A stretch of 63,950 nt of DNA, the filler included, from Octopus bimaculoides (lineage: Eukaryota): NCBI RefSeq assembly GCF_001194135.2. It is 11 parts of 10 records of this genome, joined end to end, with 100 filler letters (N's around TTAATTAATTAA, not from the genome) between each part and the next. Parts side by side here need not be neighbours in the genome. Positions count along the whole stretch, not along the records: positions 47,393 to 49,590 come from NC_068990.1; positions 49,691 to 52,729 come from NC_069006.1; positions 52,830 to 59,100 come from NC_069007.1; positions 59,201 to 62,775 come from NC_068993.1; 7 more parts are not named here. The stretch is one strand, 5' to 3'. The notes under the pieces are model-generated. The model searched no databases. It was not told the origin of the DNA and saw only the letters and a list, made by a program, of their open reading frames with translations. Positions within the stretch are counted from its first letter, which is position 1; each line of letters starts with the position of its first letter. Positions 48,523 through 61,494 of this stretch are shown here, piece after piece. Made by a program: the position numbers and the translations under genes.

Positions 48523-48692
48523 GNNNNNNNNNNTTAATAACAAACAAGATGAGGACAAATATCCGTCAAATGTAAATAATGTAAATAATGTGAAATAAAG
48601 TGTCTTGCTCAAGGGTACAACGCGTCGCCCGGAATTGAACTCACAGCCTTACGATCGTCAGCCGAATACCCTAACCACTAAGCCACGAGCCT
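48090..48692 (-). mobile_element. SINE family D interrupted by an inverted pair of family E modules
   Basis: D 3' part 48090-48306, D 5' part 48587-48692. The insert lies between AACGTGATACAAAG and AATGTGAAATAAAG. Confidence 0.85.
48307..48590. mobile_element. Family E inverted pair (minus arm 48307-48523 with a hammerhead at 48392-48438; plus arm 48534-48590)
   Basis: Both arms match 44040-44170. A 10-N gap sits at the junction. Hammerhead U16.1 is mutated (GAAACGCU). Confidence 0.8.
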
Positions 48693-48716
48693 GCACTAAT
48701 GAAGATATATGCAGTA

Positions 48717-48771
<55 letters not shown>

Positions 48772-48794
48772 CTGGTAAAAAAAAACGGCGTTAA

Positions 48795-48985
48795 AACCCT
48801 TTATTCTTGTTGAAGTGCCTTGCCTTTGAATTAGTTTTGAAAATAATGAAGAATTTTGTAAAATAAACTAGTTTGAAGGAAATTAAGATGAAATTTTAAT
48901 GGAAGATTTTCAGTGAAATCATTTTGAAACAGGAAGTTTGTATCATAGAATCAAGGGCGGTGTGAGGTGGGTTGGTATCTTAACG
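48795..48985 (+). mobile_element. AT-rich MITE fragment (same family as 52168; another end at about 1100-1209)
   Basis: TTTTGAAAATAATGAAGAATT...GGAAGATTTT...GGGTTGGTATC motifs are shared with 52168-52394. Confidence 0.6.
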
Positions 48986-49204
48986 GCCTCCTGAATTAAT
49001 ACTGGTTGTGTGTGCAAAATGTAGGATTGGAAAACGAGTGATCTAAAGGGCCACAAGCACCGTGTTGTGTCTATACTGTAGGTCCAATAGTAACTGAAGC
49101 TATGAATAGATAAATGTTTATTTAACGAGAGAGAAATATCTTAACAGGTACTGCAATTTGAACGAAATACCTATTAAGATTTTTCAATACCACCGGGAAT
49201 GCTT

Positions 49205-49585
49205 AACGTTCTGAGTTCAAATTCCGCTGACGTCGACTTTGCCTTTCGTCCTTTCGGAGTCGATAAATTAAGTACCAGTTGCGTGCTGGGGTCGATCTAA
49301 TCGACTGGCTCCCTCCCCCAAAACTTTGGGTTTTGTGCTTAGAGTAGCAAAGTATATTGAATGACAAAGACGGCGAGCTGGCAGAATCGTTAGCACACCG
49401 GGTGAAATGCTTAGCGGTATTTCGTCCGTCTCTACTTTCTGAGTTCAAATTCCGCCGAGGTCAACTTTGCCTTTCATCCATTCGGAGTCGATAATATAAG
49501 TATCAGTGGCGTGCTGGGGTCGATCTAATCGACTGGCCCCCCTCCCCACAAAATTCGGCCGTTGGGCCTAGAGTAGAAAAGAAAC
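49205..49585 (+). mobile_element. Two tandem SINE family B copies (truncated 49205-49350; full 49368-49585)
   Basis: Direct similarity to the family B consensus. Confidence 0.9.
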
Positions 49586-49929
49586 GTTAGNNNNNNNNNN
49601 NNNNNNNNNNNNNNNNNNNNNNNNNNNNNNNNNNTTAATTAATTAANNNNNNNNNNNNNNNNNNNNNNNNNNNNNNNNNNNNNNNNNNNNAATTACATAA
49701 CAACCTTCTCCAACTACAGTTCTCATATTCAGTTAAAATGTCTTACGTTTAAGCTGGTTCCCAGGCATTTCCCTGAAGAGAAGATTACATCCTTATCAAC
49801 ATCACCTATTCCTATGGAAGGTATAATTTGTAATCTTCGAAACATATGTTGGAAATAAAAGTATGCAGTTAACATATGCGTTTTACTCCATTCACTAAAT
49901 TTATATATATATATATATATATATCTTCT

Positions 49930-50365
49930 ATTCTTTTATTCTTTTACTTGTTTCAATCATTTGACTGTGGCCATGCTGTAGCGCCACCTTTAGTCAAACA
50001 AGTTGAACCCAGAACTTATCCTTTGTAAGCCTAGTTCTTATTCTATCGGTCTCTTTTGCTGAACCACTAAGTTACAGGGACGTAAACACACCAGGAATGT
50101 AAACACACCAACATCAGTTGTCAAGTGATTGTGAGGGGACAAACACAGACACACAAAAACACACACACATACACGCATATATACATATACATATATATAT
50201 ACGATGAGCCCCTCATCCCCAGTGCTTGTTTGGTGCCCTATTTTATTGATCCCATAGGGACGATAAAGTTGATCTTGGTAACATTTGAACTCAGAATGTA
50301 AAGAGTGAGAAATTCTGCATCACACTTTTTCTGACACTCTGCCATTCCTGCCACTCCACCACTCT
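49930..50365 (-). mobile_element. SINE A 3' half (49930-50210) next to a decayed SINE B (50215-50365)
   Basis: Reverse complements of the respective consensus sequences. Confidence 0.75.
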
Positions 50366-50369
50366 TACA

Positions 50370-50730
50370 TACGTACACACTCACACACACATACACATGC
50401 ACACACACACTCGCACATGCTCACACATGCACGCACACACGCACACATTCATCCATTCACTCACTCACACACACATACACACACACGCTCACACATGCGC
50501 ATGCATGCGCGCACACACGGACTCACATGCACACACATTCACACACTCACACACACATTCACACACACATACACACACTCACACAGGCACACACACACAT
50601 ACACACACTCACTCGCACACACACACACACATTCACACACACACATGTACACACACACACTCACTCACACACATACACAACACTCACTCGCACACACTCA
50701 CTCACATTCACACACACATGCACACACACA

Positions 50731-50768
<38 letters not shown>
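50370..50768. repeat. Imperfect (CA)n/(CACT)n tract
   Basis: Direct inspection. Confidence 0.95.
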
Positions 50769-51049
50769 NNNNNNNNNNNNNNNNNNNNNNNNNNNNNNNN
50801 NNNNNNNNNNNNNNNNNNNNNNNNNNNNNNNNNNNNNNNNNNNNNNNNNNNNNNNNNNNNNNNNNNNNNNNNNNNNNNNNNNNNNNNNNNNNNNNNNNNN
50901 NNNNNNNNNNNNNNNNNNNNNNNNNNNNNNNNNNNNNNNNNNNNNNNNNNNNNNNNNNNNNNNNNNNNNNNNNNNNNNNNNNNNNNNNNNNNNNNNNNNN
51001 NNNNNNNNNNNNNNNNNNNNNNNNNNNNNNNNNNNNNNATGAGGTTTAT

Positions 51050-51585
51050 CATGCTGGTGGTGGTGGTGGTGGTGTTTGTTGTGCCGGCAGTGGCGGTGGT
51101 GATGGTGATGGTGGTAGTGGTGTTTGTGGTTGTGGCGGTGGTGGTGGTTGGTGTTTGTAGTGGCAGTGGCAGTGGTGGTGGTGCAGAGGTGACGTCACTG
51201 CTGATGACAGCTGAGGATGTTGGTGGTGGCAGAGAGAGAGAGCGAGAGTATGGTCATAGTAGAAGTAGCAGTGGTGAGTGGTAATGATGACGGTGGTGAT
51301 GGTGGTGCTGGTGATAGTAAAGATAGTGATGATAAAGACGATGGTGGTGGTGATAGTGGCGATGATGACAAGAATGATGAGGATGATGATGATGGGGGCA
51401 GATAATGAGGACAATGATGGTGGTGGTGGTGGTCAACAGTAAGAATAGTAGTTGTAAGGATGATGGTGGCAGAGATGATGACACATGATGATGATGATGT
51501 TGGCAGTGGGGAATGAAATAATGATGACAATGGTGGTGGTGGTGGTGGTGACGGTAAAGATGTTGATGATGGTGGTGATGATGAA
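51050..51585. repeat. (GGT)n/(GAT)n low-complexity tract
   Basis: Direct inspection. Confidence 0.9.
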
Positions 51586-51944
51586 AATTTACCCCAAACT
51601 AGAATACAGACTGGACTGAGCCCTGATTTCAAATACGAAGAACAAGGCTAGAGGATTGCGAAAGAGGGAAAGAATTGGTAAGAAGACAAAGAACTGTGCG
51701 AAGGGTCCAATGAATATGGAGAATATATGTGGGGGTTGGACATTGGAATAGCCATTGGTTTCAGATTTCTGGTACAAAGTCAGTAAGTCTGGGAGAAGGG
51801 ATAAGACAATTATGCTGACCCCAGTGCACACCTGATACCCATATTATCCACCCTGAAAGGATGAAAAGCAAAGGTGACCTCTGGAGTTTGAACTCAGAAT
51901 ACAAAGATTGTCAAAATGCTGCTAAGCATTTTGCTTAGTTTCAA

Positions 51945-52394
51945 TAAAATTTTGAAATTAATAAAGAATTCAATAAAATAACTCTGTCGTTATTAAGCTG
52001 GTGTTTGGAACATAAATTAGCATAACATTTTGATGGCAGGTTTTAATTTCGCTCACTTTAACCCTATGAAGGAGATAAGAGGANNNNNNNNNNTGAAGAA
52101 TTTAGTAAAATATTAAACTATTGTTTGAAACATGAAATTTTGATGGAAGATTTTAATTTAGATCACTTTAACCCTTTTGTTGTCATATTTCTGTTCAAAT
52201 TCACTGACTTTGTTCAATTAATTTTGAAATTAATGAAGAATTCAATAAAATAATTCTGTCGTTATTAAGCTGGTGTTTGGAACATAAATTAACATAAAAT
52301 TTTGATGGAAGGTTTTAATTTAAATCACTTTAGATAAAAAAATTTGTATCTAGAACCAAGGGTTCTCTTATGTGGGTTGGTACCAAAGGGGTAA
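51945..52394 (+). mobile_element. Cluster of TTAA/CCCT-ended (piggyBac-type) MITE copies; full copy 52168-52394
   Basis: TTAA-CCCTTTT...AAAGGG-GTAA ends. The internal block TTATTAAGCTGGTGTTTGGAACATAAATT is repeated at about 51991 and 52262. Confidence 0.6.
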
Positions 52395-52454
52395 AAGAAC
52401 TGAGTGTCCAATAGACAGAATTGTCAGTCTTGCAATATTTCTTCCAGTTCCTTA

Positions 52455-52595
52455 CGTTCTGAGTTCAAATTCTACCAAAGTCAATTTTGCTTTTCATCCT
52501 TCTTGGGAAGTGGTCACTAAAATAAGATACGAGTTAAGAATGTAATTGACTATCCTTCTTCCTGCCAAAATGCTGCTGGCCCAGTTCCTTAAAAC
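52455..52595 (+). mobile_element. SINE family B, degenerate
   Basis: ACGTTCTGAGTTCAAATTCTACC...TTTTCATCCT. Confidence 0.7.
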
Positions 52596-52611
52596 AATTC
52601 ATCATCATCGA

Positions 52612-52729
52612 TGTCAGTGCCACCTGACTGGCACCTGTGCTGGTGGCACATAAAAGGTATCATTCAAGCGTGGCCAATGCCAGTGCTGCCTGGCTGGCCC
52701 CCATGCCAGTGGCACATAAAAGCACCCAC
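52612..52729 (+). mobile_element. Fragment of an RTE-tailed SINE-like repeat (same family as 63690-63950)
   Basis: Internal subrepeat GTGGCACATAAAAG..ACC appears twice and matches the reverse complement of 63850-63950. Confidence 0.7.
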
Positions 52730-52839
52730 NNNNNNNNNNNNNNNNNNNNNNNNNNNNNNNNNNNNNNNNNNNNTTAATTAATTAANNNNNNNNNNNNNNN
52801 NNNNNNNNNNNNNNNNNNNNNNNNNNNNNATATTTCTGC

Positions 52840-52876
<37 letters not shown>

Positions 52877-53177
52877 GACATACACAAACACACACACATA
52901 TATGACACTCGTTATGGCCGTAGAATTGAAATTGTATTCAGTTCAGCTGAGTGAATAAGAGCTAACATATCAACATATTAATATAATGTATTCCCGTCTG
53001 TAATATATTAATCGGGCTACTATAAGAAAATACGTCATTTATGCAAATCGGAAAGCCGTCTCATCAATGCCGTTAAGTATTTCATACCAGTGAGAGAAAG
53101 TATTACTATATCTATCTATGTATTCATCTATTTACCTGTCAATCCATAGGTATAAACATACACATACTCCACGCATA

Positions 53178-53245
<68 letters not shown>

Positions 53246-54308
53246 ATCATGGACGGACGGTAGACACATCGGCTCCCATGTAAGTTGCATTTTTCACCTC
53301 TTAAAAGACCTATTTTGTTTTAAAATTTTGTATAAGTTGTGTATAACACAAAATACTTCGTGAACATATATTTTTCAAATCGGAAATAGCTCTATTTAGA
53401 GCCTTATTTCCAAAAATTCAAACATATCTNNNNNNNNNNNNNNNNNNNNNNNNNNNNNNNNNNNNNNNNNNNNNNNNNNNNNNNNNNNNNNNNNNNNNNN
53501 NNNNNNNNNNNNNNNNNNNNNNNNNNNNNNNNNNNNNNNNNNNNNNNNNNNNNNNNNNNNNNNNNNNNNNNNNNNNNNNNNNNNNNNNNNNNNNNNNNNN
53601 NNNNNNNNNNNNNNNNNNNNNNNNNNNNNNNNNNNNNNNNNNNNNNNNNNNNNNNNNNNNNNNNNNNNNNNNNNNNNNNNNNNNNNNNNNNNNNNNNNNN
53701 NNNNNNNNNNNNNNNNNNNNNNNNNNNNNNNNNNNNNNNNNNNNNNNNNNNNNNNNNNNNNNNNNNNNNNNNNNNNNNNNNNNNNNNNNNNNNNNNNNNN
53801 NNNNNNNNNNNNNNNNNNNNNNNNNNNNNNNNNNNNNNNNNNNNNNNNNNNNNNNNNNNNNNNNNNNNNNNNNNNNNNNNNNNNNNNNNNNNNNNNNNNN
53901 NNNNNNNNNNNNNNNNNNNNNNNNNNNNNNNNNNNNNNNNNNNNNNNNNNNNNNNNNNNNNNNNNNNNNNTATATATATAGGTATACATACATATACACT
54001 TATACTTATATATCTACAAACGGAAGAACGATGCTTATGCACTTGTATATGTTTTTATCCCTTCCCTTCCTACTTACACAATCGCTCGTATTTGTCTGTA
54101 TGAGCGAGAATATGTAAGTAAAACTATGTTGTGAGGCAAATCGTTTTTTTCTTTTACAAAATATTACTATTTGCACTGGGAAATTATAAAGTAATTTGTT
54201 CATAATTACAGATAATTAACTTGACGTATTTGGCGTACAGATCATAACATTTTATCAACAAAAACACTACGCTATAAATATATGAATACACAAATATATT
54301 TACATTGA

Positions 54309-54344
<36 letters not shown>

Positions 54345-54479
54345 TATAATATGTATATCTGTACGTATATATCTATAATATATATATATTATATATATAC
54401 ATGTATAATAAACACACACACATATGTATAACAATTGTATATTTGTACATATGTATATAGATAAACATTCATATATGAA

Positions 54480-54525
<46 letters not shown>

Positions 54526-54797
54526 GTTGATATATATGTATCTGTACAGAGATGTATGCATGCTTATTTTTATGATTCTTATGTAAATTTATATACCAAT
54601 GTTCATACATTTTCTACAAAATTATAATTCGTACGTTTCCACAATACAGACATACATGCATACATCTATACACACATGCCTATATTTATGCATGTTTTTA
54701 GAAACACACAGAGACGCATACGTATGTACATATGTACATATGTACATACATATGTGTTTATAAACACATATAATCACCAATTTAAGGGCATACACAA

Positions 54798-54828
<31 letters not shown>

Positions 54829-55165
54829 NNNNNNNNNNNNNNNNNNNNNNNNNNNNNNNNNNNNNNNNNNNNNNNNNNNNNNNNNNNNNNNNNNNNNNNN
54901 NNNNNNNNNNNNNNNNNNNNNNNNNTTTTAGAACGTAATAATTATATTTATATCACTCAATATACGCAAATTTTTGTACAAACAAAATGGCGGCATCAAC
55001 GCTCATTGTAAACAGATATCGTACATACGTGATACAAAGAGAATGACTACATATATGATATGTTGCGTCAACTTGTAACAATAATCGTACATCAGTTAAT
55101 GGCTATGTATATATTTACACACACAGATACACACACATGTGTGCGCTCACATACACACAAGCGCT

Positions 55166-55212
<47 letters not shown>

Positions 55213-55569
55213 TTGGATACGAATAACGTTCTTTAAGAAATATTTAAGCATTGAATCAATAAGAAACACTGTTCTGTTTTCTTATACATTTCCATCATAG
55301 ATTTTTTCGTAGTTATTATCAACGCATCACATGTGCGTGTCTATATATGTATGTATGCATGCATTTATGTATGTATGCATGTATATATGTATATACGTAT
55401 GTATACGTATATATATATGTATACATGTATGGATGTATATATGTATATATGAATACATGTATGGAGGTATACATGTATGTATGCATGTATCTAATCTTTC
55501 ACTCACTCTTACACTCTCTGCATATATTTATTTACTTTATGCATGTATGTATGTATGTATGTATGTATG

Positions 55570-55624
<55 letters not shown>

Positions 55625-55826
55625 GTAGCTAGCTAGCCGTCTATGACTGTATGTATACCTGTATATGCATGTATGTATGTATTCTGCATATATGTACGTA
55701 CATACGTACGTACGTACGTACGTGTGTATGTATTTATGTATGTATGAAGCTCACACTCTTTCTGTCACTCGCATTCTCTCTTTCATCTATCCATGCATGT
55801 ATATATGTCTGTATGTATGCATATGT

Positions 55827-56150
55827 GGAGGCGGAATGGCCCAGTGTTTCGATTACCAGACCAGGCGGTGTGAGCGTTTTTTGAGCGATTACTCCTAAAG
55901 CTCCACGAGGTTCCGACAGGGGGTGGTGGCGAATCCTGTTGTACTCTTTCACCACAAGTTTCTCTCAATCTTTCTTCCTGTTTCTGTTGTACCTGTATTG
56001 TATTTGTATCGCATTGAATCTTACCGAAAACTACTTTAAAGGCACACGTGTCTGTGGAGTCCTCAGCCACTTGCACGATAAATTCACGAGCAGGCTGTTC
56101 AGTTGATCGGTCAACTGAAGCTCTCGTCGTCGTAACCGACAGAGCGCCAC
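55827..56150 (+). mobile_element. SINE family C copy with a small internal deletion
   Basis: GGAGGCGGAATGGCCCAG...CTCTCGTCGTCGTAACCGACAGAGCGCCA. Confidence 0.88.
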
Positions 56151-57383
56151 ATATATGTATGTATGTATGTATGTATGTTCCTATCTCCGTATCCATATTT
56201 GCAAGATTTATTTACCGAACTATCTACTTAAATGTCTCTCAAAATATCTTAACTATTTACTTTTTACTTTTAAACAATCTAATCTCTTCTTAGTATGCTG
56301 TATTTTTTGTGCTCTATGGAAATAAATTTGTATGTGTGTGTGTATTTGTGTGTGTGTATGTATATATGTATGTATAAAGGTTCATCTTTAGGAATATATG
56401 TAACTGCATCTATCTATCTGTCTGTCAGCCTGTCAGTCTGTTTGTCTGTTTGTCTGTTTGTCTGTCTGTCTGTCTATTAATATATATGTATGTTACTACA
56501 TGAGTATATATTTATAGATATATACTCATGTCTATAAATATATATATAGACATGAGTATATGTATATATATATATATATGTATATNNNNNNNNNNNNNNN
56601 NNNNNNNNNNNNNNNNNNNNNNNNNNNNNNNNNNNNNNNNNNNNNNNNNNNNNNNNNNNNNNNNNNNNNNNNNNNNNNNNNNNNNNNNNNNNNNNNNNNN
56701 NNNNNNNNNNNNNNNNNNNNNNNNNNNNNNNNNNNNNNNNNNNNNNNNNNNNNNNNNNNNNNNNNNNNNNNNNNNNNNNNNNNNNNNNNNNNNNNNNNNN
56801 NNNNNNNNNNNNNNNNNNNNNNNNNNNNNNNNNNNNNNNNNNNNNNNNNNNNNNNNNNNNNNNNNNNNNNNNNNNNNNNNNNNNNNNNNNNNNNNNNNNN
56901 NNNNNNNNNNNNNNNNNNNNNNNNNNNNNNNNNNNNNNNNNNNNNNNNNNNNNNNNNNNNNNNNNNNNNNNNNNNNNNNNNNNNNNNNNNNNNNNNNNNN
57001 NNNNNNNNNNNNNNNNNNNNNNNNNNNNNNNNNNNNNNNNNNNNNNNNNNNNNNNNNNNNNNNNNNNNNNNNNNNNNNNNNNNNNNNNNNNNNNNNNNNN
57101 NNNNNNNNNGCATATATCTGTGTGCGCGCGTGTGTGAGCGCATGTGTGCGCGCGCAAGTGTGGTTTATAGAAATTAGTGTGAATTAGTTTCAGTGATATT
57201 TTTCTTTATACGGAGGATCAGAGAATTCCTCTCTTTCCGGTATATCTCTTCACTTTAGAGACATGTCCTAGCTCCGAGTAATTCATAATTACATATAATT
57301 ACAAGGCGATCACTATTCTACTTAGACGTTTTAATATGTGCTCTGTTGTACTCTTGTGGGATTTTATTGCCCTACATGCAAGT

Positions 57384-57767
57384 GGAGGCGCAATGGCCCA
57401 GTGGTTAGGGCAGCGGACTCGCGGTCATAGGATCGCAGTTTCGATTTCCAGACCGGGCCTCGTGAGTGTTTATTGAGCGAAAACACCTAAAGACCCACAA
57501 GGCTCCGACAGGGGATGGTGGCGAACCCTGCTGTACTCTTTCACCACAACTTTCACTCTTACTTCCTGTTTCTGTTGTGCCTGTAATTCAAAGGCTCAGC
57601 TTTGTCACACTGTGTCACGCTGAATATCCCCGAGAACTACGTTAAGGGTACACGTGTCTGTGGAGTGCTCAGCCACTTGCACGTTAATTTCACGAGCAGG
57701 CTGTTCCGTTGATCGGATCAACTGGAACCCTCGACGTCGAAAGCGACGGAGTGCCAACAACAACAAC
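57384..57767 (+). mobile_element. SINE family C, full length and young
   Basis: A box TGGCCCAGTGGT, B box GTTTCGATTTCC, 3' GGAGTGCCAACAACAAC tail. Confidence 0.93.
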
Positions 57768-57917
57768 ATGCATATATTATACTTTCATACATACCGATAT
57801 ATAAACATATATACATGTATCGATATATACACACGCACATATATGTATGCATATATGTATGTACATATGTATATATATATATATGCATGTGTCCACACTC
57901 TCACACTCACATATAAG

Positions 57918-57997
<80 letters not shown>

Positions 57998-58085
57998 TAT
58001 ATACTTTTTCTCTTTACTCTTTTACTTGTTTCAGTCATTTGACAGTGGCCATGCTGGAGCACCGCCTTCAATCGAGCAAATCTAC
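57918..58085. repeat. (TA)n microsatellite followed by a SINE A 3' end (minus)
   Basis: Direct inspection; CTTGTTTCAGTCATTTGAC..TGGCCATGCTGGAGCACCGCC. Confidence 0.85.
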
Positions 58086-58525
58086 CCCAGGTCCATCACT
58101 GCTAACAATTACTTCCACTGCTGCAATCATTACCTCTACGAGTATCACGAAAACTACTACCATCACGTGGAGCAGGGAGCGCAGCAACGGGAGGGTCAGC
58201 AGGGGCAGCGGTACCATTCTTCAAGACGTTCTTATCAAGAGCATTCAATCCTTTCTTTTGCCAGACACCATACTTCTGGAAATCTCATATTCTGTGCCTT
58301 TAGTTATTCTTGAACCAAGGCGTCTTTAAATATTGGAAACCGACATTAACCTATCGACCTGATCCCAGCGAAAAGTCAGGTGGATTCGATGAGGTGCAAA
58401 GGAGTTGAAGATTTGTAAAAAAGACGTGCCTACGTTCCACTCATTTAACTCGTTCCATTATATAAGTAATAAAAAAAAAACACAAGTAAACAAACAAAAC
58501 AAAGCAATACAACAAGAACAGTAGC

Positions 58526-58558
<33 letters not shown>

Positions 58559-58939
58559 AATAATAATAATAATAAAGGGATTGATTATACCTGACTTCTG
58601 TTCATATTTTCCAATGTTCGAAAGAAAAGCAAATTGAAAAGAAAATGGCGAACTCTGTCGAAATATAATCAAATTCACTCACCTGTAATTAGAAATGAGA
58701 AAAAGAAAAAAAAAAACTTAGAATTAGTTAAAATTGCAAAACAAGAAATATTGTTCGCTATTTTAATGTAATACAATCAACCAATGGGAAAACAAATTTA
58801 AGGAGTATTAGCAAAGGTGTTGCAATGTCTTCGTTCGCAACAAACGCAGTTTCACGCCCTTCGTCTCCTTGTTTTCTTTTTTGTTTGAATAACGTTTTAT
58901 TTTACATATTGAGCTTTTTTTTTCTTATCATATTACTTA

Positions 58940-58941
58940 TT

Positions 58942-58983
<42 letters not shown>

Positions 58984-59022
58984 CTTCTTCTTCTTCTTCT
59001 TCTTCTTCTTCTTCTTCTTCTG
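58940..59022. repeat. (GTT)n-(CTT)n compound microsatellite
   Basis: Direct inspection. Confidence 0.95.
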
Positions 59023-59200
59023 ATCATCATCGTTATTATTAGTACTGCTATTATTACTATTCTTATTACTGTTACTACCATCATTATCAATTACCACCAC
59101 NNNNNNNNNNNNNNNNNNNNNNNNNNNNNNNNNNNNNNNNNNNNTTAATTAATTAANNNNNNNNNNNNNNNNNNNNNNNNNNNNNNNNNNNNNNNNNNNN

Positions 59201-59236
<36 letters not shown>

Positions 59237-59568
59237 CACATATATATATACACACACACGTGTGTGTGTATGTGTGTGTATGGGCCTGTACATATACATG
59301 CTTGTGTGAATGTGTACGTATGTAGACATTATGAACGCAGGTGGTTTTATGTCTATGTTTTGTGAGAATATGGTTGCGTGCATTTTTAATCTTTTATATT
59401 TTTTCCTACCTATTAGAGTAACTTTCCATTTATTCATCGGTTTTTTATAGCGTCTATTGCCATTAAGAGCCGATGAGAATGCATCGTAGCTCTTAGCTTC
59501 GGCATTTGAAACTCCGAGTACTATTATGACAACTTACTGATTGTCCTATACATACATACATACATACA

Positions 59569-59602
<34 letters not shown>

Positions 59603-60239
59603 GTAGCTGGTGTACCCAGGGGTAAAGATGTTCTATTGAAACGCCTTATTATTCTGATATAAGAAAGCAATTTCGTTACAACTGCCACAAAAGGTGTATT
59701 TTTCGTTGCGCAAAAGTACAAAAAAACTGTCAGCTGGAGGAGGGAGAGATTGTTGGAGGTTGGTGAGAAAGTACTCTGACTCGTCGTGGCATTTTAAAGG
59801 TGAACTTTATGAAGGTTAATTTATTAAAGGTAATATATAAATGTAGTATATATGTATATAAATATATGAATGAAGTGTTTAATGTTTAAAAATGAAATGA
59901 AGAAAGTGCAGTAATAACGTTCACAATTACTGATGGTCGCTCTCAGTAACTGCCTTTAGCTTACGGAGTTCTTGTTTTTATAACTATGGAAAACCAGCCA
60001 GAAGGATAGACATATTATTGAGAACAAATGATTTCGTTGGAAGTCTGTTATCTCCATTCCAGCCCCTGGTGCCCTGGAAGAGGTTAGATGGGTCAAGTGG
60101 CAAAGACATTATTCTGCTTAGCGAAGGCATCTAGAAAATGTATAACTGCTGTCATTCACAGAAAAACTATTGTTTTATCATGAGAAAAGCGTTGTTGAAG
60201 TGTTAAGAGAAATTTGGCATGAAGCCACAACAAATACGT

Positions 60240-61110
60240 TGTGGAATAAAAAATTTATCTACTGTCATAGAAAAAGTGTAACTGTAAAAATGCAGAATTA
60301 TCGGAGTAATGGGTATTCAAAAAAGTATGTATGTATAGAAATATGTGTATGAAGTCTTTAAGGTTTAAGATTCAAATCAAGGAAGTGCAATAGTAATGTT
60401 CAGCAGTTCAAAACTGAGTAGTGAAATGCAGAATTAAGTCGGCTGGTCGTGAGAATCAAATATTGATCGCTTCACTAAAAACTGCAGGTGGTATGAGTTA
60501 TTTCCCTTGGGTTGTTTAAATAGAATGTTAATANNNNNNNNNNNNNNNNNNNNNNNNNNNNNNNNNNNNNNNNNNNNNNNNNNNNNNNNNNNNNNNNNNN
60601 NNNNNNNNNNNNNNNNNNNNNNNNNNNNNNNNNNNNNNNNNNNNNNNNNNNNNNNNNNNNNNNNNNNNNNNNNNNNNNNNNNNNNNNNNNNNNNNNNNNN
60701 NNNNNNNNNNNNNNNNNNNNNNNNNNNNNNATTTTTTAAGAATTTTAAGCATTCAAAGTATGAGTTCATTTTATTGGGGCACACTTATTAAAAATGTTCT
60801 GGAATCAAAAATTTATGTACTGTCATCGAAAAATTTTAACTGGAAAAATGCAGAATTATCGGAGTTATGGGCATTGAAAGAGTACATGCATCAAGAAAGT
60901 GCATTAATGAAGTTTAGCATATGAAAACTGTGAGTAGTGAAATGCAGAATTAGGTCCACTGATCGTGAGAATCAAATATTGATCGCTTTGCTAAAATCTA
61001 ACAACTGTAAATGAAGGTGCTATGGGTTATTTCCCTTCAGTGTTTAAAAACACTCAAGGGAAATATTGTGCTGGTGCTATGGGTTATTTCCCTTGGGTGT
61101 TTAAAAAAAT
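60240..61110 (+). repeat. Diverged direct duplication of an approximately 290-bp unit (about 60240-60525 and 60795-61050)
   Basis: Shared blocks AAAATTTAT.TACTGTCAT.GAAAAA, AAATGCAGAATTATCGGAGT.ATGGG, TGAGTAGTGAAATGCAGAATTA, TCGTGAGAATCAAATATTGATCGCTT, GTTATTTCCCTT. Confidence 0.85.
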
Positions 61111-61494
61111 TCGTTAGAGGTAGATATAAAGATCCTTTCCAGGGGCCGTATTATCAATTTTTAAAACAATCTAAGTATGTCACGAGGTTTCCAGAGTGGT
61201 CACAATACATTTTCATACATTGGAGCAATGCAGAAAATATATAGAACAATAAAGGAAATATTGAAATGCGATGCTGGGTTTTGATCAGGCAATGAAACAA
61301 ATAAAGATTGCCATATTGGTTCTGGAGGGGATGCTTTTGGATTACAAATTTCTGCTTTACAAGAAGTGAATATAATAACAGCACGAGAATTATCGCGAAG
61401 AAAATTCATATATATAAACAACACACACAAATACAGGAATATAAAATACCATATGACATGAATTTTTGATTTTTAAAAATTATCTCCACCTGAA

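Noticed and set aside
50397-51284. His/Thr-rich and other homopolymeric ORFs (poly-Ile, Leu, Tyr-Ile, Cys-Val)
   Set aside because: They are translations of microsatellites.
58085-58330. GC-richer segment with open frames
   Set aside because: No recognisable domain, no convincing splice sites, and the ORFs upstream run through (TA)n.
61200-61440. Possible GIY-YIG remnant (SYIG...)
   Set aside because: Only a YIG tripeptide matches; the flanking Cys, Arg and His motifs are absent.
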